32,000 bases of DNA. Source: an uncultured Clostridia bacterium (GTDB taxonomy: Bacteria > Bacillota > Clostridia > Christensenellales > CAG-314). The position numbers and the translations under genes were made by a program. The notes below the pieces were generated by a model. That model saw only the letters and a program-made list of their open reading frames with translations, searched no databases and was not told the origin of the DNA. Location: positions 1-32,000 of the forward strand of contig CAKRAM010000075.1 in the NCBI GenBank assembly GCA_934294965.1, in the 5' to 3' direction. Positions 16,563 to 24,633 of this stretch are shown in pieces; position 1 is the first letter of the stretch; each line of letters opens with the position of its first letter.

Positions 16563-19500
16563 ATGAATAAAACACTCAAAATCGTTTTGATTGCCGTTTT
16601 GTCCGTTGTGCTTGCATTGGGAGTATTTACCGCGTGCACGCCGGATAACCACGACAACGAACATGAATGTACAAGCAAATGCCAAGTGTGCGGAGGCTGC
16701 AAAAACAGCACCTGCACGGAAGATGCTTGCAAAAACAAATGTACTTGCAGCCCCGCTCCCGTGCAATACACCGTTTGGTTTGACCTGGTCGGCGGAACTT
16801 GCAGCGTGGACGTGGCTAACGGCATAAAAGTCAACAGCGGTGCGGAACTGGATCTTTCCGCATATGCCGTAACCAAGCAAGATTACGTTTTGGAAAGTTG
16901 GACGGACGGCACCAACACATACGAGCCGAACGCAAAAATCACCGTCAGCGGCGAGGTTACTCTCACTGCCAATTGGAGGCGCAACGTATTTACCGTAACT
17001 TTCGTTTTGGACGGTGGCGTTTGCTCCAAGGATGTTTCCGCTCCGCTTAGCGTAATTGCAGGCACCGAACTCAAATTGACTTCCTACGCGGCAACCAAGG
17101 ATCAATACACGTTTGCAGGCTGGACGGACGGCACCAACACCTATGCAGCCGATGCAACCGTGACGGTAAACAAGGACATCACTCTTACCGCAACTTGGCA
17201 AATCAACGTTTACACCGTAACGTTGGACGTAAACGGCGGCAGTGCTTTGACCACGGCAACGCTTTGTGTAAACAGCGGTGACGAAGTTGACCTTTCCGCA
17301 TACGTAACCACAAAGAAAATCAACAACCTAGTTGGTTGGAGCGACGGCACAAACACCTATGCGCCCAACGCAAAAATCACGGTAACAGGCAACCTAACGC
17401 TCACCGCTCAATGGCAAATTGCCACCACGGCGGAATCGGAATTCAAAACCGAAGACGTTGAAGGAGGCGTTTCCATAACCGGTTTGGTGAAAGACAGCGC
17501 CGTAACGACGGTTGTCGTTCCCAAGCAAATCGGTGGTAAAAACGTTGTAAACATCGGCTACGGCGCGTTTTACTACAACAGCACAATCGAAGAAGTTTAT
17601 CTGGATGCCGCAACGGAAATCACCGCATTGGAAAACAACGCTTTCAGCAACGCTCAAAACCTTCGCTTCGTAAGCCTAAAAGGTCTTTCCAAACTTCAAA
17701 GCATCGGCGACTGCGCGTTCTACGGCGTGTACGACTCCACCGGCAAATACCAAGGCTCGGTTTTGGAAACCGTCGATTTTACCGATTGTACGGCGCTTAA
17801 AACGTTTGGACAAATGGTGTTTGCCTACCAATACAAACTTCAAAGTATCGATTTGTCCGTTTGTACCTCTTTGGAAACAATCGAACGTCAAATGTTTGAC
17901 TTCTGCGTGTCTCTGACCGACGTCAAATTCCCCGCCGGTTTGCAATCTATTGCCAACAATAGCGACTTCTTCCGTCATTGCTACGCTTTGCAAAACATCG
18001 AAGTTGCCGAAGGCGGCATCGGTTTTGAAAGCCAAAACGGCATTCTTTATACCGTAGGCAAAACCGAACTTGTCAAATTTCCCGCACAAAGCGCTCAAAC
18101 GGAATACGTTGCCCCCGCAACCATCACAAAAGTTTGGGGACAAGCGTTCGACGGCGCAAGCAAACTTGCTTCGGCAGATTTCTCCGCCTGCACAAACATC
18201 GCTCTTATGGGAGGATATGCGTTCGAAGCATGCTCCAAAGTAGTTATCACCGTTCCCTTCACTTCCGACGGCAGATTGGAAGACGGCGCCCAAGTGGAAT
18301 TGGGCAACAGTTGGTACGGCTCGGCTAAAAAGGTCAACTATCAAACGTACACCTTTGTGGAAATTTCCTTCAGCGGCGTAAAGAATAACTCGGTTGTATC
18401 CGATGCTTCCGCAAGCCTTACTGCTTCCGCAACCTACGGCTCGGAATCCGTTCCCGTGGTCGTCACTCTCAACGGGGTGGAAGTCAGCGGAACCGACGGC
18501 GTGTATGCACTCACTTACAAGCTCGGCGAAAACACAATCGTCATCACCGCAACCAACGGAATAAAATCCGCAACCGAAACAATCAAAGTCACCTACAAAA
18601 ACAAACCGACGGTTTCCGCAACCTTGGAAGAAGGTCAAGTGTTCTACGGCGACACGATCGAGTTCGACGTAACCGCAAAAACGGCAACCGGCGACATCCT
18701 CACCAAGGACAACGTAAACATTCAACTTAACTTCAGCGGAACGTATATGACTCCGTTCATGGGACTTACCGTTGCCGACGCTCTCGGCGGAAAAGTTCAC
18801 GTTAGTATCGATATCGCATCGCTTATCGATATGGGCTACTTCGATGGCGGCGCGTTCAAAATCAAAGTAATCGCTTCGGACGGCGGTGTAACGGCGGAAA
18901 TCGTCTTCAATGTTGATCACAAGGATGGTCCCGCTCCCGTTCCCACAATTTCTTCCACTTTGGTAGACGGCAAAACCTACTACGGAACGATTGCATTCGA
19001 TATAACCGCAACCGACGCAAGCGGTAACGCATTGACAAAAGACGGCGTTGAAGTCGGAGTCAAATTTTCCGATAGTCCCAACTTCTTCGTGCCGATGATG
19101 GGCTATATTATCTCCGACGTTGACGGCAAAGTTCACGTCGAGTACGACATGGCAAGCATTTATTCAACGTACTTTTTCGATAGCGACTTCCAAATCCGTA
19201 TTGCCGTAAAAGGCAGTGAAGTGGAAGTTATCTATAACGTAACTTGGTTGGAAGGCGAAGAACCCAAGGCTAAAATCGAAAGTACGTTGGAAAACGGCAA
19301 AACCTACTACGGAACGATTGCATTCGATATAACCGCAGCAGACGCAAGCGGTAACGCATTGACAAAAGACGGCGTGGAAGTCGGAGTCAAATTTTCCGAT
19401 AGTTCCAACTTCTTCGTGCCGATGATGGGCTATACTATCTCCGACGTTGACGGCAAAGTTCACGTCGAGTACGATATGGCAAGCATTTATTCAACGTACT

Positions 19501-19925
19501 TTTTCGATAGCGACTTCCAAATCCGTATTGCCATAAAAGGCAGTGAAGTGGAAGTTATCTACAACGTAACTTGGCTGGAAGGCGAAGAGCCTCATGCGGA
19601 ATTTTCCGTAGCGGGACTTACCGACGGCTACAAATTCAGCAAAGACTTCGATGTTACTGTTACGGCTATCGACGAAAACGGCAAAGCGATACCATCTTCT
19701 CAAATCGGCTTCCGTATGACGCTTTGGGCAAACAAATGGGTAGACGTAACTGCTACGGTCAAGTCGGAAAGCAACGGCGTTATCGTGTTTACTGTAAGTT
19801 ACAATAGCATCGCGAGCAACTATCAAAAGGGTATGTTTGATCCGTTTTCCTTCTCGGTAGACCAAAAGGACGCAAGCGGAGCAATTGTCAACTCCGTACA
19901 ATTTAACAACGTAGATCTTGCATAA
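16563..19925 (+). CDS. Giant surface lipoprotein: lipobox, Cys-rich linker, 3 Listeria-Bacteroides (Flg_new-type) repeats, BspA-type leucine-rich repeats, cadherin-like beta-sandwich, 4 Ig-like ~109-aa modules
   Basis: 1120 aa with an AGGAG RBS. The signal MNKTLKIVLIAVLSVVLALGVFTAC has Cys25 as the lipobox cysteine. Repeats of type YTVxF..GG....(Y/F).GW(T/S)DGTNTY...TLTAxW are present. The LRR_5-like pattern appears in IGYGAFYYNSTIEEVYL.., with NGILYTVGKTELVKFPA. The C-terminal modules carry FD(I/V)TAxDASGNALTKDGV. Confidence 0.9.
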   Translation: MNKTLKIVLIAVLSVVLALGVFTACTPDNHDNEHECTSKCQVCGGCKNSTCTEDACKNKCTCSPAPVQYTVWFDLVGGTCSVDVANGIKVNSGAELDLSAYAVTKQDYVLESWTDGTNTYEPNAKITVSGEVTLTANWRRNVFTVTFVLDGGVCSKDVSAPLSVIAGTELKLTSYAATKDQYTFAGWTDGTNTYAADATVTVNKDITLTATWQINVYTVTLDVNGGSALTTATLCVNSGDEVDLSAYVTTKKINNLVGWSDGTNTYAPNAKITVTGNLTLTAQWQIATTAESEFKTEDVEGGVSITGLVKDSAVTTVVVPKQIGGKNVVNIGYGAFYYNSTIEEVYLDAATEITALENNAFSNAQNLRFVSLKGLSKLQSIGDCAFYGVYDSTGKYQGSVLETVDFTDCTALKTFGQMVFAYQYKLQSIDLSVCTSLETIERQMFDFCVSLTDVKFPAGLQSIANNSDFFRHCYALQNIEVAEGGIGFESQNGILYTVGKTELVKFPAQSAQTEYVAPATITKVWGQAFDGASKLASADFSACTNIALMGGYAFEACSKVVITVPFTSDGRLEDGAQVELGNSWYGSAKKVNYQTYTFVEISFSGVKNNSVVSDASASLTASATYGSESVPVVVTLNGVEVSGTDGVYALTYKLGENTIVITATNGIKSATETIKVTYKNKPTVSATLEEGQVFYGDTIEFDVTAKTATGDILTKDNVNIQLNFSGTYMTPFMGLTVADALGGKVHVSIDIASLIDMGYFDGGAFKIKVIASDGGVTAEIVFNVDHKDGPAPVPTISSTLVDGKTYYGTIAFDITATDASGNALTKDGVEVGVKFSDSPNFFVPMMGYIISDVDGKVHVEYDMASIYSTYFFDSDFQIRIAVKGSEVEVIYNVTWLEGEEPKAKIESTLENGKTYYGTIAFDITAADASGNALTKDGVEVGVKFSDSSNFFVPMMGYTISDVDGKVHVEYDMASIYSTYFFDSDFQIRIAIKGSEVEVIYNVTWLEGEEPHAEFSVAGLTDGYKFSKDFDVTVTAIDENGKAIPSSQIGFRMTLWANKWVDVTATVKSESNGVIVFTVSYNSIASNYQKGMFDPFSFSVDQKDASGAIVNSVQFNNVDLA
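16767..17417 (+). repeat. Three tandem ~70-74-aa Listeria-Bacteroides/Flg_new-type repeats (protein level)
   Basis: Residues 69-142, 143-216 and 217-285 of the 1120-aa protein align by eye. Each copy ends ...GW(T/S)DGTNTY(E/A)(P/A)(N/D)A(K/T)(I/V)TV.....TLTA.W. Confidence 0.75.
18969..19592 (+). repeat. Near-identical tandem direct repeat, period 327 bp (109 codons), two copies
   Basis: GGCAAAACCTACTACGGAACGATTGCATTCGATATAACCGCA... at 18969 recurs at 19296. I count about a dozen substitutions over ~300 nt by eye, most of them synonymous. Confidence 0.92.
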
Positions 19926-19932
19926 TTAAACT

Positions 19933-22062
19933 ATGAAAAACACAACAAAATTTTTTGCGGTCGTTTTGGCGCTTGTGTGCATGCTTGCTTTGTTCGTGGC
20001 GTGCGACAGCAACGTTCCGGACGACGACGTAACGCCCGAAACTAAAGAATTTGTGTATGCAACCGACCTTGTCGACGGAATTACCGTCGACAAGGCTTTG
20101 TATACTTTCACGCTTTCCGCAACCTACGGCAAAGAACTTTGCCAAATCAAAGTTTTTACGGGCGGCAAGGAAATCGCTCCGCAAAACGGAAACTACTCGG
20201 TTGAACTTTCGGAAGGCGCAAACACCGTTTCGGTGGAGGCAACCGCAGACGGCGAAAAGGACCAACGCTCCTACACGATAAACTACGTCGTGCCTGTGTT
20301 CGTCATCGAATGCGACGCAGCCGATGCCGAAATTCAAGTTGACGGAACGATAGAGTTTTCGGTAAATGCAACTTACGGAAGCAACGCATGCACGGTGCAA
20401 GTGTCCTGTGGCGGCGTGCTTGTAAGCGTCAAAGAAAACGGCAAGTACACCGTTCAGTTGGACGAAGGACTTAACACCATAACGGTGGTTGTCACAAGCC
20501 AAGGTAAAAGCGAAAAACGCACGTTCGACGTAACTTTCCGCAAGGATTTTGCTTTTGTTTGCGACGTGGAACAAGCCTCGATAACAAACGACATCGTATC
20601 TTTTTCCGCCTCGGCAACCTTCAACGACGTAACTTGCGCCACAATCGTAAAACATAACGGCGAAGTTATTACGGCAAACTCGGACGAAAAATATACCGTC
20701 ACGCTTGCAGTGGGTAAAAACGTATTTTCCGTCACCGCGCGCAAAGGCGACTTTGTGGAGGAAAAAACCTACGAAATAAACTACCAAGGTTTTACTCTCA
20801 CCACAACGCTCAACGACAACATCACCACGATGAACTCGTCCTTGCGTTTTAACCTTTCGGTTCGTTACGGCGAATCGGTTGCGGATTTTGAAGTTACGGC
20901 GGAAGGCGCAACACTCGCTCGTCCTTCGCCATTTATGTTTATACTTGTGCTTCCAAAGGCAGGCAAGTACGACATTAAAATCACCGCAACAAACGGCAAC
21001 GCATCTTTTGATAAAACGCTATCCGTAACCTACGTAACCGATCCTCCGCATATTGAAAGTATTTCACTGGTCAGCGGAAAAACATACAAGGGAGAGTTGT
21101 GCTGCTTCGACGTGGAAGCGCAGGACGCTCTCGGCAACAAAGTGGACGACTCGGCGTTGTCCTTCTATGTGGACGTCGGTCAAACGGGCAACTACACCAA
21201 ACTTACCTCTGCCGACATCACCAAAGTGTGGAGCGATTCGGTAAAAACAAGTTACCGCTTCAGTTTCACAAACGGCGCGTTTGCCGATTGCATAAACAAA
21301 AAGCTCAACTTCAAAGTGCAGGTTACTTCGGCATTGGGTTCTAGCGAGCAAGTGTTCGAAATGACCTACGTCGGCGCCGATCCGGACGGAAAAATCGGAC
21401 AGGTCGTACTTTCGGTAGAAGGCTTTACCATCGGTTGCAAATATTTTTTGGAGCCGACTCTTGTTGATATCTACGCTGGTGAAAATATGGCGCAAGCCCT
21501 CACTCGCGTGCTGACCGAAAAAGGCTGGGCGTACACAAACACCGGCACAATCGAAAAAGGTTTTTACCTTGCCTCGATTGTCGGTATGGATTTGAGCGGC
21601 AACGCCATCGATGAGGGGCTGCTCGCAGTTCTTCGCAAAACCGGAGCAACCGTGTTCAAAGAATCCATCACCGCAGGGGACGACGGTAAATATTCATTGG
21701 GCGAATTCGATTTTACTCAAGGTTCGGGCTGGATGTACAGCGTAAACGGAACATACCCAAACTACGGTTTTGCCGATCACTATCCGCAAGACGGCGAAGT
21801 GGTGCGCGTGCAGTTCACTTTGGCGTACGGCAGTGACCTTGGTGGCGGTAGTGCCTTGGGTGGTGGCGGAGCCAACTACAACGTTGCTTTTGGCGATTTT
21901 GCCGCAATTCACACCGCGCTTGCAACCGTAAAAGCAAATAACTACTACGGCAAGGGCAACCAAGTGTACAATCAAGTTTTGCAAGCCGTAGCGCATTGGG
22001 ACGCCGACAACAAGTTGCTTGACGAGCAACTGGCGATTCTAAAATCGGAATACGGTATTTAA
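19933..22062 (+). CDS. Surface lipoprotein: 4 cadherin-like beta-sandwich repeats, 1 Ig-like module, DUF4430 (transcobalamin-like beta) domain, helical tail
   Basis: 709 aa. The signal MKNTTKFFAVVLALVCMLALFVAC ends in a lipobox. Four ~80-aa repeats end (K/R).(Y/F).(I/V).(Y/F). The DUF4430 signature is GEFDFTQGSGWMYSVNGTYPNYGFADHYPQDGEVVRVQFT. Confidence 0.88.
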   Translation: MKNTTKFFAVVLALVCMLALFVACDSNVPDDDVTPETKEFVYATDLVDGITVDKALYTFTLSATYGKELCQIKVFTGGKEIAPQNGNYSVELSEGANTVSVEATADGEKDQRSYTINYVVPVFVIECDAADAEIQVDGTIEFSVNATYGSNACTVQVSCGGVLVSVKENGKYTVQLDEGLNTITVVVTSQGKSEKRTFDVTFRKDFAFVCDVEQASITNDIVSFSASATFNDVTCATIVKHNGEVITANSDEKYTVTLAVGKNVFSVTARKGDFVEEKTYEINYQGFTLTTTLNDNITTMNSSLRFNLSVRYGESVADFEVTAEGATLARPSPFMFILVLPKAGKYDIKITATNGNASFDKTLSVTYVTDPPHIESISLVSGKTYKGELCCFDVEAQDALGNKVDDSALSFYVDVGQTGNYTKLTSADITKVWSDSVKTSYRFSFTNGAFADCINKKLNFKVQVTSALGSSEQVFEMTYVGADPDGKIGQVVLSVEGFTIGCKYFLEPTLVDIYAGENMAQALTRVLTEKGWAYTNTGTIEKGFYLASIVGMDLSGNAIDEGLLAVLRKTGATVFKESITAGDDGKYSLGEFDFTQGSGWMYSVNGTYPNYGFADHYPQDGEVVRVQFTLAYGSDLGGGSALGGGGANYNVAFGDFAAIHTALATVKANNYYGKGNQVYNQVLQAVAHWDADNKLLDEQLAILKSEYGI

Positions 22063-22068
22063 CAGCAT

Positions 22069-22098
22069 AAAGCCTTGCGGAATTCCGCTTGGCTTTTT
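22069..22098 (+). terminator. Terminator-like or attenuating hairpin between operon genes 2 and 3
   Basis: AAAGCCTTGCGG (22069-22080), loop AATT, then CCGCTTGGCTTT (22085-22096) with one TT/TT internal mismatch, running into TTTTT (22094-22098). Confidence 0.45.
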
Positions 22099-22157
22099 GT
22101 CCGCTTTCGGCTATGATTAACATCAAGCCGATTTGCGGCGCAAAAAGGAATTATTTT

Positions 22158-24032
22158 ATGAAATCTACAAAACTGTTATGTTCTTTGCTGGCTTTGGCAA
22201 TTTTGGTAACCTCGCTTGTCGGCGCAGTAAACTTTACCGCACAAGCCGAAACAAGCGTGGATTACCTTCAAATCGCGCAGGGAATAATAAATTGGAAAAA
22301 ATTCGACGTCGGTTCTACGCCGGACGGGTACCTGATTAACGACCAATTGTTAAGTGTTGCAGGCACCACCCCGGGCGATTGGTATCCCGTTGGGCTGGGC
22401 AGGTTGGGCATTGCCGACAACCAAAGCGGCTATCTTGCCGTTATTGCCGACAACGTTTCCAAACGCTACAAAACCAAAGATAAATTGGACGCGGCAAAAG
22501 CAACCGAGTGGCACCGCATAACGCTGGCAATGCTGGCGTGCGGCGGCAATCCCAAAAAGGCGGGCAACGACGAAAACATAGACCTTATTGCCGACGGCGT
22601 GTACAATCGCACCGACGGCACAAACGGTATTTTGGGCAGGCAGGGCATCAACGGATATATTTGGGGACTAATCGCGCTGGACAGTCTTAATTACGAAGTG
22701 CCAAGCGGCGCATACTACACCCGCGACGACATTATTTCGTCGATACTCAAATGCCAACTGGCCGACGGCGGTTTTGCGCTTATCGGCACGGTGTCCGATC
22801 CGGATATAACGGCAATGGCGGTGCAAAGTCTAGCGCCATACTACAACAGTGAAAAAGAGTACAACTACGCGGATAAAAGCGGCAACTCGGTAACCAAAAA
22901 AGTTCGCACTGTAATCGACGAGTGTATTGCGTGGCTGTCAAAGGAGCAGCAACCGGACGGCGACTATTTCAGTTGGGGTATGGCAAACGTGGAAAGTACC
23001 GTGCAGGTTGCGGTTGCATTAAGCACTTTGGGTATAGACGTAACCACCGACAAGCGGTTCATCAAAATCGATGCCAACGGCAAAAGCAACACTTTGGTTG
23101 ACGGAATTTTGAAGTATCGCACAGAAAGCGGCGGTTTTACCCACTCTTTCAAAAACGATGCGGACAATCCCACCGCTGTGGCAGGCGAGCCAAACACAAT
23201 GGCAAGCGAACAAACGTTGTACTGCATGGCGGCACTCATTCGCCTGCAACAGGGCAAGCGCGCCTTGTACGACTTCCGTGAGGAACAGTCCGATGCGCTC
23301 AAAGCGCAAATAAGCAACGTTACGGGGCAGATAGACGCTCTTACGGAGATGTCCTCAAAAGCCGACGTGAACGCCGTTTACGACGCCTATTGGCAAATTA
23401 CGCCCTCCGAACGTCGCTACGTGTACAACTACTACAAGTTGTCCCGCATAATGCAGTTTGCCGAAGTCCCTTTTAACGAGGAAAAAATGGACTACAACAG
23501 CGGCGGCGACGAAGAAGCACCCACCGAATACTTCGACTACGACGATCAGTCTGCCGCAAACGCTTTGCCGAGCGACGACCGACTTACGACGCAATACCGT
23601 GCCGAAGTGTTGCGTCTTTTGAACAAAATCAAGCATAGCGTGGATTTTGAAGGCAAACAAGCGCTTACAATCAAGTTGGAAAAAGCAAAAAACAAAATTG
23701 ACGAGTTGCTTGCCGAAATTGATGATATCAAGGCTCAAATCAAGGCGGAACTATATCCGTTTAACAGTATAAGCCTATCCAAAAAACAAACGGTATATGC
23801 TTTGTATAACCGCTATATGGCGCTTTCGGAGTACGACCGCACGGCGTTTGAGGCTAGCGATGTGGAAGGTTTGCTAAAATGCAAAACCCAAGTCGACAAT
23901 TTGCAAACCGCGCTCATAATCACTGTTTGCTGCGTTGTGGCTGCGGCTATAGTTACCGTTTGGATAGTGCTTCATATCAAAAAACGTCGCAAACTTAAAC
24001 GTGAAAAACTTATGCCGGAAAGCGACGAATAG
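22158..24032 (+). CDS. Secreted, C-terminally membrane-anchored alpha/alpha-toroid (prenyltransferase/terpene-cyclase-like repeat) protein with long helical stalk
   Basis: 624 aa counted from ATG 22158, with AAAAAGGAA upstream. Signal peptide: MKSTKLLCSLLALAILVTSLVGAVNFTAQA. Toroid-type repeats: QLADGGFAL, EQQPDGDYFSWG, YRTESGGFTHSF. C-terminal TM helix: LIITVCCVVAAAIVTVWIVLHIKKRRK. Confidence 0.8.
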   Translation: MKSTKLLCSLLALAILVTSLVGAVNFTAQAETSVDYLQIAQGIINWKKFDVGSTPDGYLINDQLLSVAGTTPGDWYPVGLGRLGIADNQSGYLAVIADNVSKRYKTKDKLDAAKATEWHRITLAMLACGGNPKKAGNDENIDLIADGVYNRTDGTNGILGRQGINGYIWGLIALDSLNYEVPSGAYYTRDDIISSILKCQLADGGFALIGTVSDPDITAMAVQSLAPYYNSEKEYNYADKSGNSVTKKVRTVIDECIAWLSKEQQPDGDYFSWGMANVESTVQVAVALSTLGIDVTTDKRFIKIDANGKSNTLVDGILKYRTESGGFTHSFKNDADNPTAVAGEPNTMASEQTLYCMAALIRLQQGKRALYDFREEQSDALKAQISNVTGQIDALTEMSSKADVNAVYDAYWQITPSERRYVYNYYKLSRIMQFAEVPFNEEKMDYNSGGDEEAPTEYFDYDDQSAANALPSDDRLTTQYRAEVLRLLNKIKHSVDFEGKQALTIKLEKAKNKIDELLAEIDDIKAQIKAELYPFNSISLSKKQTVYALYNRYMALSEYDRTAFEASDVEGLLKCKTQVDNLQTALIITVCCVVAAAIVTVWIVLHIKKRRKLKREKLMPESDE

Positions 24033-24081
24033 TAACAAAATTAAACGATAATCGGGCAACGGTTTGCTCGACTATACTACA

Positions 24082-24633
24082 ATGAAAAAAGACTTAATCG
24101 CAATTTGCATAGTGGTGGTATTGCTGATATTCATTTTCAGCGGCACCAAAATACAGTCGGTGGACGACTACTACCTAACTCACCTCGACGACATCAAGGA
24201 AGACAGTTTGACGGTGTTCTTGTCCATCGATTGCAGTACTATTTTGAACAATTGGGACGATTTGGACCCCAACCTTCGCAAGGAAAAGTACGTTCCTTCG
24301 GATGGGGTAATTTTGCCGCGCACGGAATACGTTTTGCGTAACGGCGACACCGTCTACGATATTTTAAGCCGAGCCGTGCGCCACAACAAAATTCAAATGG
24401 AATATCAGGGCGCAAACGAAAGTGCCTACGGCAGTGTGTATATAAAGGGTATCAACTACTTGTACGAGTTTTCTTGCGGCCCTTTGTCCGGTTGGATGTA
24501 CAAGGTCAACGGGGAGTTCCCCGGGTACGGCTGCAGTAAGTACGTTCTAAAAGACGGCGACGTTATCGAATGGGTGTACACCTGCGACCTGGGCAGGGAC
24601 GTCGGCAGCGACTGGGAGGAAATGATAAAATGA
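24082..24633 (+). CDS. Small N-terminally anchored DUF4430 (transcobalamin-like beta-domain) protein
   Basis: 183 aa counted from ATG 24082; a TTG at 24064 is an alternative start. The TM/signal anchor is LIAICIVVVLLIFIFSG. The DUF4430 signature is GPLSGWMYKVNGEFPGYGCSKYVLKDGDVIEWVYT. Confidence 0.85.
   Translation: MKKDLIAICIVVVLLIFIFSGTKIQSVDDYYLTHLDDIKEDSLTVFLSIDCSTILNNWDDLDPNLRKEKYVPSDGVILPRTEYVLRNGDTVYDILSRAVRHNKIQMEYQGANESAYGSVYIKGINYLYEFSCGPLSGWMYKVNGEFPGYGCSKYVLKDGDVIEWVYTCDLGRDVGSDWEEMIK

Noticed and set aside
16386-17201. 271-aa minus-strand ORF across the operon leader and the start of the lipoprotein gene
   Set aside because: It is antisense to the well-supported start (RBS, signal peptide) of the 1120-aa gene and has no motifs.
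17676-19136. 486-aa minus-strand ORF (plus repeats at 19164-19463 and 19491-19901) opposite the 1120-aa lipoprotein gene
   Set aside because: The plus-strand frame has a signal peptide, a lipobox and well-known repeat families. The antisense frame merely mirrors the tandem repeats.
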